From Octopus sinensis (Eukaryota), in the NCBI RefSeq assembly GCF_006345805.1, contig NC_043008.1:79546001-79610000 (forward strand): a stretch of 64,000 bases of DNA, given 5' to 3'. The position numbers and the translations under genes were made by a program. Numbering within the stretch: the first letter of the stretch is position 1; each line of letters starts with the position of its first letter. Below the pieces are notes generated by a model. It did no database searches. It was not told the origin of the DNA and was given only the letters and a program-made list of their open reading frames with translations. Shown here in pieces: positions 24,030 to 35,614 of this stretch.

Positions 24030-25430
24030 TAAAACTGGTTGCTCCCAGTATGTTGCTTAGGAATCTTGATCTTCCTCTCCTGTGTAATGAAACTCACTTA
24101 ATTGTTACTTCCACAAATCCCCATGTCCTAGAGGCAACAATCATAACAGGTGGTCACAAAAGAGAAAATGTTTTTATTCCAAAAATTTCCCTCATACCTA
24201 CAGATGTTCTATTTGAACTTAAGAGGCTTCAGGTTCCAGTCAAACTAAGTTTTGCTATTTCAATCAATAACTGTCAGGGTCAATCCTTCAAGGTAGTGTA
24301 GCGTGACTGATATCCTCACTATTTGAGAGATACATTAGGAATGATCTCGTTTGAGATTACAACCATCTTTGGCTAATTTGACCCTGTTGTGTCCACTGCT
24401 CTGATTGGTTAGCATTTGGCACGGTTTGTCTCTCGACTTATTTCGCGCCAGTGTGTAAGCCAACCAATCACGGCCTTCAGATAAGGTTTCATAAAACTGC
24501 TTTTCTGATCCTTTATTTGAGCCTACCACAGGCTTTATAAACACCCAGCATTCACTATTCCAGGTCTTTGGCTTCTAAGGTCTAGTCACTGACCACAGAG
24601 CTACTTAGCTGTGTTCCAGTTCCAGCGACAGACGACCAGCCAGCCATGCTCCTGCTTCAGCCACAATGATGCTAATGTACACCAGCACCGTAGGACGTTC
24701 TCCATCTCTGCCACCGTCATCACCATCGTCGTCCTTCAACTCTATGTCATCTCCATCTCCGTCGACTTCAGCAATATGTACACATCAACATCGCCCAGGT
24801 CTAAATTCACGCTGTTTGTGAATATTTCACCGAGGAAAAACAGTTATAGTCTACCTGAAGAACTTTCTGTATCAAGAGACTCAGCACAGCATTGAAGCCC
24901 CAAACGCAGCACAACATGTGCCCAACTCTGCATCATGACCTCCAATATCTTGTTATAGAACTTGCTATCGTGTACCTCACTTACAAACTGGTAAACAAAT
25001 TCCAACTTAACTCAATATGCTGAGACATTCATCTTATACTCTGTATTTCTGTTTTATGTGCATACACTATTACTTGTACTTTCTGTCGCACACACGAACA
25101 CATGTCGCACGCATTCAGACACAACTTTGCTAGCACCCATACTTTATCTTTGTACACATTGGAAATAAAGTTTTCTTCTTTCTCAAACAGTAGAACGGTT
25201 GTTGTACCTCATTCATTCCTTTTGGCACTGTATTTTATATCCTGTATTTGGCTATCTTATTTTGTTAGGCGCAACCATGTGGCGTTTCAAAGGAGACATT
25301 TGTCACCAGCTCCTTACGTATGGTCGTATTCCCTACAGAGGTTTGAACTTGACCGCTTTACTACATGCTTCTCCCATGGCCATCTCTATGTTGCTTGCTC
25401 ACAAGCCGGAAGCAGCAACAATTTATTCAT
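24030..25430 (+). pseudogene. Helitron PIF1-like helicase C-terminal relic split by an insertion
   Basis: LRNLD..LCN.T.LIV...LEATIITG..K.ENVFIP.I.LIP...KRLQVPVKLSFAISIN..QGQSFKVV (to 24296) resumes GLNL..CFSHGHLYVACS..GS (from 25338). Confidence 0.8.
24297..25337 (+). mobile_element. Probable solo LTR (1041 bp)
   Basis: TGTAG...CTACA termini exactly interrupt the helicase frame; AATAAA at ~25164; no clean TSD. Confidence 0.6.
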
Positions 25431-25432
25431 TT

Positions 25433-25638
25433 ACTCTTTTGTCTTTTACTTGTTTCACTCATTTGACTGCGGCCACGCTGGAGCACCACCTTTAGTCGAG
25501 CAAACCAACCCCAGGACTTATGCTTTGGAAGCTTAGTACTTATTCTATTGATCTCTTTTGCTGAACTGCCAAGTTACAGGGACCTAAACACACCAGCATC
25601 GGTTGTCAAACGATGTTGGGAGGACAAACACAGACACA

Positions 25639-25690
<52 letters not shown>

Positions 25691-25852
25691 CACATATATA
25701 CGACAGGCTTCTTTCAGTTTCCGCCTACCAAATCCACTCACAAGGATTTGGTCAGCCCGAGGCTATAGTAGAAGACACTTGCCCAAGGTGCCACGCAGTG
25801 GGACTGAACCCAGAACCATGTGGTTTGTAAGCAAGCTACTTACCACACAGCC
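25433..25852 (-). mobile_element. tRNA-derived SINE (octopus-type, internal (CA)n(TA)n)
   Basis: Head GGCTGTGTGGTAAGTAGCTTGC...GGTTCAGTCCC on minus strand; conserved body; GTAAAAGA tail. Confidence 0.85.
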
Positions 25853-26089
25853 AACAAAAAATTACAATATGAATATTGTCTACCCTGAGGTGCTTCAAGA
25901 TTGACAGAGTTTCAGTTCTAAATTCTATAAGCATTACAATTTGGATTTTTTAAAATAAAATAAAGATATTTTAAAATAATTATGAGAAAAAAAATATATC
26001 TTCATATTTATTGTTTACTAATCAATATAAGAACAGCGGTAACCGGGGCAATGCTGGGTCATTCAGCTAAGTATTAAATAAAAATTTAT

Positions 26090-26470
26090 ATAGGGCAAGT
26101 GTCTTCTAGTATAGCTCCTGGCAAATCAATGCCTTATGAGTAGATTTGATGGACAGAAACTGAAAGATACCCATCATATCAATATGGATGTGTTTTTGTC
26201 CCCCGCCACTTGACAACCAATGTTGGTTTATGTCTGTCCTTGTAACTTTTATATGCTGAGACATTCATCTTATACACTGTATTTCTGTTTTATGTGCATA
26301 CACTATTACTTGTACTTTCTGTCGCACACACGAACACATGTCGCACGCATTCAGACACAACTTTGCTAGCACCCATACTTTATCTTTGTACACATTGGAA
26401 ATAACATTCAGACAAAAGATTAGGCAAAAGCGACTGTAAAATTAAGTACTGGTATTGATTTGTTTCACTA
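26090..26470 (+). mobile_element. Degenerate SINE of the same family containing a 154-bp foreign insert
   Basis: GGGCAAGTGTCTTCT...GGAAACTGAAAG body; insert 26251-26404 copies 25015-25168. Confidence 0.65.
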
Positions 26471-26473
26471 ATC

Positions 26474-27112
26474 CAGGGGTGGGGATACTTTTTAGTGTGG
26501 TGGGCCAAAATTTCCAAAGAAAAAGGTCCAAAGGTGGATCACAAGTTCTAACTCTTTGTGTAAATCTTGCATATATCTATGTATAATTTGATATACATTA
26601 ATAAAGATAAGTTTAACACAATAAATTAACATGCAACATCTTCATTAATACCGCCACTGAATTTAGGACGTTTATATTATGAGGTACTCTATATTTTTCA
26701 TAATAATCAAGCACAGATCAAACTTAATTTTGAAAAAATTACATTAATACCTAAATAACATTATATGTAAATGACATATCTAAACTAATTTATCCTAGTG
26801 ATAATTTTATCAAAGCTAATTAACTTTAACTTTAAAATCTAGTTTTGTTTGGTGAGAAGGCTAAAACTGCTTTCTTTTTTTTTCTATTGTTTTTGAAAGT
26901 TTAGGAATATCACAAGCCTTTGAAGAAACTGTTATTCTTAGTTGATTACTCAGGTTTTCATCAGTAAGTCTGGTACAAAGACGATTTTTTGCATAATTCA
27001 ATTTGAAAAAAAATTGCTCACATTGAAGTTGTCAAAAAATTGTGATGCAAATTTCAAGGCATTTTTATATAAAGCAAGGAATTTCTCAGGATTGATGAAT
27101 TTGTAGAAGTTC
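26474..27112 (-). mobile_element. hAT transposon 3'-end relic
   Basis: CAGGGGTGGGGATAC terminus at 26474; minus-strand FYKFINPEKF..LYKNALKFAS.F..T..CEQFF...YAKNRL..RLTDENL (hAT dimerisation domain). Confidence 0.65.
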
Positions 27113-27123
27113 AATAAAGACAT

Positions 27124-27511
27124 AGGTGTAGGAGTGACTGTGTGGTAAGTAGCTTGCTTACCAGCCACATGGTTCCGGGTTCAGTCCTACTGCGTGGCAC
27201 CTTGGGCAAGTGTCTTCTACTATAACCTCGGTCTGACCAAAGTCTTGTGAGTGGATTTGGTAGACGGAAACTGAAAGAAGCCTGTCGTATATATGTATAT
27301 ATATGTGTGTGAGTGTATATTGTACCCCCAATATCGCTTGACAACCGATGCTGGTGTGTTTATGTCCCCGTAACTTAGCGGTTCAGCAAAAGAGACCAAT
27401 AGAATAAGTACTAAGCTTACAAAGAATAAGTCCTGGGGTCGATTTGTTCGACTAAAGGCAGTGCTCCAGCATGGCCACAGTCAAATAACTGAAACAAGTA
27501 AAAGAGTAAAG
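27124..27511 (+). mobile_element. tRNA-derived SINE
   Basis: A/B-box-like head TGTGTGGTAAG...GGTTCAGTCC; same body as 25433-25852. Confidence 0.88.
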
Positions 27512-28589
27512 ACAGATTATTATATTTCGATTTTATTAAGGCACAACCTTGTAGGAGAATCAAAGTTCCATCCATGATTATGTTTAGCAGGCTGTTTCTT
27601 AGATATATGACATTTAATGTAGTTTTAATATTGCATTCCTAGTTTTGCTTTAGTGGGATTATTTTAATGTCTCTGCCATTAGTTTGATATTTGCAGGCAA
27701 GTATTAGTATTTTGTAGTCCATTTAGTTAAATTTCAATGTTTTTTCACAATACTGACTTCAATAAGTTCACATAGATAAATAACTTAAAACACTTGTGCT
27801 TGACACACATGTAACAGGTTGTTATGTGGATGGTGTTGACTCCTTTAAAATAAAGACAGTGGTCGAAGTTATAAACAAATATTTTATTTAACTGTTTCAT
27901 GTGATCAATATTAACCACGATGGGTAGATGATAATATCAACAATCGAGAGCAGATTTGTATAAAAAGGAGTGTTGCATTTCAGTGTCTGATACTGTATGG
28001 CCTTAGTTTCTACACTGCCTGATCCCGTCAATCTAGCAGTAGTAGGGAGATTGATAGACTAATGTCACTGAAGGTGGAAAGCCAAGAGAGTAAGAAAAGT
28101 GAGTGACTTGGATGTCCTGCAGGACAGCCCTACTGCTGTAATTTCTACTGATTTGTTTTCTGTTTTGTCCTCCGATCATCTCTTTTCACCAACTCATTTT
28201 TCTTTACAGAATTCTAGTATTTATAATTATGCAAACTAGCTAGAAAAAGAGATATATTGTTGAGAACAATGGGTAGTTCGATGTAGGTCGCTCCTTATCT
28301 ATTTCAACATTTCATGGCACAGGAAAGGTCGAGTGGAAAAGACATCAATTGACTTGGTAAAGTCATGTGTTTAATGTAATACTTATCAACTTCCATTTTG
28401 CTGTGAGAAAAATGCTGTTGAAATGTTAGGGAAAATTTGCTGATTCAGGTTTGAATCTACTCTATGCTCAAATGAAGTCACTACACATACATATATATGC
28501 ATACATAAGGACATGTATAAGATTTATATTGGCACTTATATTAACTAGACATATTATGCATAATAGTTTGGTTCAGATATCTATTTTAT

Positions 28590-28790
28590 CCTTCTTGTCA
28601 TTAGACTGCAGCCACAACAGGGCACAACCTTGAAGAAACAAATTGACCCCGGTACTTATTATTTTTTTGTAGTCTGGTACATTTTCTGTCTCTTTTGTCA
28701 AACCACTAAGGTATTGGGATATAAACACACCAACACTAGTTGTCAAGCAGTGGGAGGACAAACATACACAAAGACACACACACATGTGTG
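28590..28790 (-). mobile_element. SINE 3' fragment
   Basis: TTGACCCCGGTACTTATT...TTGTCAAGCAGTGGGAGGACAAAC similar to the SINE body. Confidence 0.55.
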
Positions 28791-28802
28791 TGTATGTATA
28801 TA

Positions 28803-30039
28803 TTAGGTCATCCCATAAGTTCTGTCTGATTTTACCTTTTTTAAAACCGAATGAAATTTAATAGTATTTTAGAATGTCTAATGGAATTAAAAGTTATTTT
28901 TATGCATTTGTGTACATTTAAACTAATTAAACATTATTTTACAGAATAATAGAATTAAAATTTATTTGATTAAAACCTTTTCTAACATGGAAGTATCCAA
29001 AGAGCATTTGAGGCACATAATGCTTTATGAGTACAAAAAAAGGAAACTCTGCAGCCGAAGCAACTCGAAACATACAGTTTATGGGAAAGAATGCTTGAAT
29101 GAAAGAACTTGCAGAAGATGGTTTGCAAAATTCAGAAGTGGAGATTTCAGCCTTGAAGATGAAGATTGAACAGGATGTCCAGTTCAGTTTGATGATAAGC
29201 TCCTTGAGGCATTACTTGAAGAAAATCCTGCATTATCAGTTGAAGAATTGGCAATAAAGCTTAGTTCAAACCATACAACTGTTCATCATTATCTTCAACA
29301 ACTTGGAAAGCTTCCTAAACTTGGAAAATAGGTGCCTCATGAATTGTCCGAAAGCAACCACAAATCCCAAGTTGACATCTGCTCTTCTCTCCATTCTCGT
29401 AAACTCATTTCACCCTTTTTGGATAGACTTGTGACTGGTGATGAAAAATAGATCTTATATCGAAATGTTAAATGTTGTAAACATTGGCTTGGTAAAAGGT
29501 AAAAAGCTCAAATACAACCGAGAAGGGAACTTCATGGGAAAAAGGTTCTTCTCTCTATCTGGTGGGATTGTAAAGGAGTAACTCACTTTGAATTGTTACC
29601 ATCTAATGCAACAATCAATGCTCAAGTCTACTGTTAGAGTGTTTGAACCAAGTTTTGAAGAAAAAAAGACCCACTTTAGTGAATCGAAAGGGAGTGATGT
29701 TCCATCAGGACAATGCGCGACCCCACACTGCAAAAATCACAACACAGAAGATCGAAGAGCTTGGTTAGGAAAAAATTCCTCATCCACTTTATTCTCTCAG
29801 ACTACCATTTGTTTCATAGTTTACAGCATCATTTAGGGGACATAACTTTTGTAAGCCAGGAGGAGGTCAAAACTGACATTTCAGAGTTCTTCGCTTTGAA
29901 ACTAAAAGAGTTTTATATTGATGAGATTAAAAAGCTTGTAAATGGATAGAAAGAAGTCATAGATAATCATGGAAAGTACATTGATGATTTGATCACTTGT
30001 TTTCTTTATTCAAAATTCAGACAGAACTAATGGGATGAC

Positions 30040-30043
<4 letters not shown>
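28803..30043 (+). mobile_element. mariner DNA transposon, full-length, decayed
   Basis: TIRs TTAGGTCATCCCATAAGTTCTGTCTGA / CAGACAGAACTAATGGGATGACCTGA with TA flanks; HLRHIMLYEY, RTCRRWFAKFRSGDFSLED, VTGDEK, SDYHLFHSLQHHL. Confidence 0.92.

Positions 30044-30087
<44 letters not shown>
30044..30087. repeat. (TA)n microsatellite
   Basis: Direct inspection. Confidence 0.95.
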
Positions 30088-30090
<3 letters not shown>

Positions 30091-30098
30091 AGGAAAAA

Positions 30099-30655
30099 AG
30101 CTTCCTAAGAATTCGTTAAAAAACAGTCCCAATCACTGCTATAATCCATAACATGCCAATTTTAAGTCATTTAACACCTTGCTACTTTCACACTACCTAC
30201 ATTTCTTCTTATCTCCCTCCCCTCCTCTTCTTCTTCTTCTTCTTCTTCTTCTTTCTAACCACTAATGCTGTTTAGAATAACACCTATGCAAATTCTATAA
30301 ACAAAACATTCAAAAGAAATATTTTCATGAATTGAACAGGGACTGCTACCATCCACTGTGGGTCATTTGCTGACCATTCAAAATATTACTGTCATGGCAC
30401 TCCCACATTCTCCTTCTTTTTCTTCTTCTTCCCTACCAAGAATTCATAACCCACAAGAGTAAACAAGAGAGACAGAGACAGGCAGAAACAAGGAAAATGC
30501 CACTTGCATTTGAACACTATACAAATATTCTTTTAAAAAACTTTTCTTTTAATTTTTCTAAATTTAATTGTTTAATTGTTACAGTTGAAAAAGTCTCAAT
30601 GACTGAAATGTTTTTTATAAAATTATTCTAGCATTTTCTATCTTGACTTTTTTTT

Positions 30656-30688
<33 letters not shown>

Positions 30689-32546
30689 TCAATAAATGGT
30701 GGGGTTGTGTTGACCGCACGTGGAGAAATGATAAGTAAGGAAAAATTTTTTAAAAAATGCAGAATGCTCAAATGAAAGAAAATTTTAATAAAATGAGAAA
30801 TTGATAAAATATATAAATATATATTATTCAACCGGTTTTCGTCATTGTATGACTTGTCAAGAATATTTATGTTTTAAAAAGTTTTTTTAAAAATTAGAAA
30901 GGGGAAAAAAAGAAAATTGCATTGTTTTTTGTAAAAGAATAATGATAAAAATGTACAAAAATTAAAAAATAAGTTCTCCGATACATTGTGAGTTCGTTGT
31001 GTATCTTGAGTCTTATGGTTGTTCACGAAAAAATTACCTTGCGGTGTTAAGATCCAAAGGGATTAAGAGCATGTGTTGTGTTGTTTAATTCAGCATGTTT
31101 GCAGGACAGGAAGTAGTAGTAATTGTGGTTCTTCAGTTCCTGTGTTGTGAGTAAGGGGAGACAACTCTTTTGAGTTCTTCAATAAAACCCAAATTATAAA
31201 ATTATCATTTTAGCTTCATTTGCGTTATCTTTTTTATATAATTGCTTGTTAACTTAACTTTCAGATTTTAACACTTTATTTATATTATTTTCTAATTATA
31301 TAAATCTGCATAGACAATTGCATTTCAAATTGTCATATCATTTATAATAAAAATGATAGTAATAGCAACAATAGTAAAAATGATATTTAAAGAATATAAG
31401 TTTTAGCTTGAAGTGATGAATGCATGGTATCTTTATATATTGTGTTAGTCCATCCATGAAGAGTGAGGTAGAGAAAGGAAGTTTGATCAACGAGGAGTTT
31501 GCATATTAAGTTGTGTTTGGAATTTTTCAATAAAGAGATTCTCCTTGTTAATTCTCTCCTGTGTGGTGATCCCGTCTTTACATTGGTAGAAGGGGAATAT
31601 ATAGAATTTGGGGTTTAAGTCTTTAGCACATGAGTCTAAGTAGTCACTCAGTGGAATTTGTCGGTATTCCGGGAGATTTATTTGTTCTTTATGCACCGTT
31701 ACTCGTTTACGTAACGGGAGACTCGTTTGTCCAACATAATTATGTTGGCAACCAGCGCATGTGAGAACGTAGATAAGGTTCTCGGAGGAACAGGAGAAGT
31801 TAGTCTTGATTTTAAACTTCGTACCTTGTTTGAAGGTAAATTCAGAGCCTTCAAGTGGAAAGGGGCAGGTACCACAGTTTGAGCGTGCACATTTTTTTAC
31901 TGTTGGGGGTGGATGTGATGTGTGAAGTTTGGCATTTGTCAAGAGTTTTTTTAAAGATTTGTGTTGCCTTTTGCATTTGAGGATTTTGTGTGTATTTATA
32001 ATGTTTTTCATTTTTGGGTCTGTTGACAGTAGACTGATGTTTTGTATGATTGTGGTGTATGCTTCGATATTTTTGGGGGTTGTGGGTGGAAATGTATGGA
32101 AGTATTTTGAGGTTGTGTGTGGTGTTAGGTTGGGTGGTTTTCAGTGTAGTGTTGTCTAGTTCTTTGGCGCGTTTTATTCCATACTCTATAAGGGTGGAGG
32201 GATATTGACGTTGTAATAGTGTTTTTTTGAGGTCTTGAAGGCGTATTTCTCGTGTTTTTGGATCCGAGACAATGGTGCATACCCTTTTAGCTAAATTGAA
32301 AGGGATATTTGTCTTGGTGTGTTTTGGGTGGCATGAACTAAAGAGGAGGTATTGTTGTGAGTCTGTAGGTTTGTGGTAGATGTCTGTTATGATTTGGTTC
32401 TTAGGTGTTTTTATAATTAGGAGATCAAGGAATGGGAGATGATGTTTGCTTAATTCCATAGTGAATTGGATGTTGGGATGTATGTTGTTTAGTATGGTTT
32501 TGAATTCCAGGAGTTTTTCATAAGGTTCTTTCCATATGATGAAACA
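30099..32546 (-). repeat. Inverted duplicate of 33720-36172 (PLE-A 3' half, (TA)n and PLE-B tail)
   Basis: ORF 31487-32011(-) matches the C-terminus of ORF 32913-34778(+) except one residue; flanks mirror out to GCTTCCTAAG. Confidence 0.95.
30825..30865 (-). ncRNA. PLE-A hammerhead, inverted copy
   Basis: Exact reverse complement of 35400-35440. Confidence 0.75.
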
Positions 32547-32912
32547 CTGACACCAACAAAACACTGACACCAACCCAAATCAACATCCTAGCAAGAGGTT
32601 TGAAATTCACACCCACCCCAAGAACACCCAAGGATGACGTTTCTGAATTCTGCAGAAAACTTCGCCTAACAGAAGCTTTGACAGATATCAACAATGGGGA
32701 CGATTCATTGATCAGAAATAAAAGCAACTTCCTACCACCAAAAGGGAGAAATAAAACACTGGACGATTTTCTGCAAACACATCCAGAGTCTCCCCTTTAC
32801 CCCAAGCAAAACCAAGGTAAAATCCAATTTCAGTAAGGAAGAATGGGAAAACCTACGTGACATACAACTGGATAAAAACCTCACCATCAAAGAAGCGGAC
32901 AAAGGGAGTGCT

Positions 32913-34778
32913 GTGGTCCTTATGGACACGGAATTTTATAAACACCTAGTGTTTTCCATGCTTAACAATAACATTTTCTATGAGGTTATTAACAACTACA
33001 AACAGCAAAAAACAATCAGAAACCTCACCACACTCATACGCCAACACGGTCAGGGACTCACAGAAAAAGAAAGGGATTATATCACCATTTTCAAATGCAA
33101 GCCCAGCCTTTTTTATGGCCTTCCTAAAATCCATAAAAACAAATACATCACCGAAGCCTGCAAACTCTCCACTGACATCCACATCAACATCAAAGCACCG
33201 GAGGACCTAAAACTAAGGCCCATCGTGGCTGGTACCTCCTGTGAAACACACCGCCTGAGTAACTTCCTAGACATCCTTTTGAAACCTTTCCTTACCCACA
33301 TCAAAAGTTTCATTAGGGATGATCTGGACATGCACAAACACCTCCCGAAAACAGTTAACGAGGAGGCACTCCTGGTATCCTTTGATGTCATCAACCTCTA
33401 CACCAACATCCCACATGAGTATGGTATAGAGGCAATTGACTTCTGGCTAGAAAAACACCCAGAGACATTCCCTGACCGCATTAATAAGTCTTTTATTACA
33501 GAATCTCTCAAGTTCATTCTGACAAACAATTTTTTTCTCTTCGACGACACACACTACCGTCAAAAATGTGGCATTGCGATGGGTACCAAGGCTGCACCAG
33601 TCCTTGCGAACCTCATAATGGGTTACTTCGAACTGTCACTCTATGAAATATCAAGCCAGAAATTTGGACATGTTTTCCATACCTACCTAATGGAAAACTG
33701 GAAAAGGTATTTAGATGATTGTTTCATCATATGGAAAGAACCTTATGAAAATCTCCTGGAATTCAAAACCATACTAAACAACATACATCCCAACATCCAA
33801 TTCACTATGGAATTAAGCAAACATCATCTCCCATTCCTTGATCTCCTAATTATAAAAACACCTAAGAACCAAATCATAACAGACATCTACCACAAACCTA
33901 CAGACTCACAACAATACCTCCTCTTTAGTTCATGCCACCCAAAACACACCAAGACAAATATCCCTTTCAATTTAGCTAAAAGGGTATGCACCATTGTCTC
34001 GGATCCAAAAACACGAGAAATACGCCTTCAAGACCTCAAAAAAACACTATTACAACGTCAATATCCCTCCACCCTTATAGAGTATGGAATAAAACGCGCC
34101 AAAGAACTAGACAACACTACACTGAAAACCACCCAACCTAACACCACACACAACCTCAAAATACTTCCATACATTTCCACCCACAACCCCAAAAATATCG
34201 AAGCATACACCACAATCATACAAAACATCAGTCTACTGTCAACAGACCCAAAAATGAAAAACATTATAAATACACACAAAATCCTCAAATGCAAAAGGCA
34301 ACACAAATCTTTAAAAAAACTCTTGACAAATGCCAAACTTCACACACCACATCCACCCCCAACAGTAAAAAAATGTGCACGCTCAAACTGTGGTACCTGC
34401 CCCTTTCCACTTGAAGGCTCTGAATTTACCTTCAAACAAGGTACGAAGTTTAAAATCAAGACTAACTTCTCCTGTTCCTCCGAGAACCTTATCTACGTTC
34501 TCACATGCGCTGGTTGCCAACATAATTATGTTGGACAAACGAGTCTCCCGTTACGTAAACGAGTAACGGTGCATAAAGAACAAATAAATCTCCCGGAATA
34601 CCGACAAATTCCACTGAGTGACTACTTAGACTCATGTGCTAAAGACTTAAACCCCAAATTCTATATATTCCCCTTCTACCAATGTAAAGACGGGATCACC
34701 ACACAGGAGAGAATTAACAAGGAGAATCTCTTTATTGAAAAATTCCAAACACAACTTAATATGCAAACTCCTCGTTGA
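32913..34778 (+). CDS. PLE reverse transcriptase plus GIY-YIG endonuclease (partial, open frame)
   Basis: FYGLPKIHK, LRPIVAG, SFDVINLYTNI, GIAMGTKAAPVLANL, RYLDDCF, CARSNCGTC, LIYVLTC..C..NYVGQT. Confidence 0.9.
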   Translation: MVLMDTEFYKHLVFSMLNNNIFYEVINNYKQQKTIRNLTTLIRQHGQGLTEKERDYITIFKCKPSLFYGLPKIHKNKYITEACKLSTDIHINIKAPEDLKLRPIVAGTSCETHRLSNFLDILLKPFLTHIKSFIRDDLDMHKHLPKTVNEEALLVSFDVINLYTNIPHEYGIEAIDFWLEKHPETFPDRINKSFITESLKFILTNNFFLFDDTHYRQKCGIAMGTKAAPVLANLIMGYFELSLYEISSQKFGHVFHTYLMENWKRYLDDCFIIWKEPYENLLEFKTILNNIHPNIQFTMELSKHHLPFLDLLIIKTPKNQIITDIYHKPTDSQQYLLFSSCHPKHTKTNIPFNLAKRVCTIVSDPKTREIRLQDLKKTLLQRQYPSTLIEYGIKRAKELDNTTLKTTQPNTTHNLKILPYISTHNPKNIEAYTTIIQNISLLSTDPKMKNIINTHKILKCKRQHKSLKKLLTNAKLHTPHPPPTVKKCARSNCGTCPFPLEGSEFTFKQGTKFKIKTNFSCSSENLIYVLTCAGCQHNYVGQTSLPLRKRVTVHKEQINLPEYRQIPLSDYLDSCAKDLNPKFYIFPFYQCKDGITTQERINKENLFIEKFQTQLNMQTPR

Positions 34779-35399
34779 TCAAACTTCCTTTCTCTACCTC
34801 ACTCTTCATGGATGGACTAACACAAATATATAAAGATACCATGCATTCATCACTTCAAGCTAAAACTTATATTCTTTAAATATCATTTTTACTATTGTTG
34901 CTATTACTATCATTTTTATTATAAATGATATGACAATTTGAAATGCAATTGTCTATGCAGATTTATATAATTAGAAAATAATATAAATAAAGTGTTAAAA
35001 TCTGAAAGTTAAGTTAACAAGCAATTATATAAAAAAGATAACGCAAATGAAGCTAAAATGATAATTTTATAATTTGGGATTTATTGAAGAACTCAAAAGA
35101 GTTGTCTCCCCTTACTCACAACACAGGAACTGAAGAACCACAATTACTACTACTTCCTGTCCTGCAAACATGCTGAATTAAACAACACAACACATGCTCT
35201 TAATCCCTTTGGATCTTAACACCGCAAGGTAATTTTTTCGTGAACAACCATAAAACTCAAGATACACAACGAACTCACAATGTATCGGAGAACTTATTTT
35301 TTAATTTTTGTACATTTTTATCATTATTCTTTTACAAAAAACAATGCAATTTTCTTTTTTTCCCCTTTCTAATTTTTAAAAAAATTTTTAAAACATAAA

Positions 35400-35440
35400 T
35401 ATTCTTGACAAGTCATACAATGACGAAAACCGGTTGAATA
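35400..35440 (+). ncRNA. Minimal type-I hammerhead ribozyme (U3-A8 variant) in PLE-A 3' region
   Basis: TATTC-[TTGACAA]-GTCA tacaa TGAC-[GAAA]-ACCGG-[TT]-GAATA; perfect stems I and II, ACCGGT palindrome. Confidence 0.8.
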
Positions 35441-35577
35441 AATATATATTTATATATTTTATCAATTTCTCATTTTATTAAAATTTTCTTTCATTTGAGC
35501 ATTCTGCATTTTTTAAAAAATTTTTCCTTACTTATCATTTCTCCACGTGCGGTCAACACAACCCCACCATTTATTGA

Positions 35578-35612
<35 letters not shown>

Positions 35613-35614
<2 letters not shown>

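Larger units (their letters stand above)
32547..35579 (+). mobile_element. Penelope-like element PLE-A (Neptune-like), 5'-truncated, young
   Basis: LTPTQINILARGLKFTPTP start, one frameshift near 32820, then 621-aa open RT-GIY-YIG; 3' end abuts (AT)n. Confidence 0.93.

Noticed and set aside
27820-28310. TGTTA...CAACA segment as a solo LTR
   Set aside because: No TSD, second copy or convincing PBS
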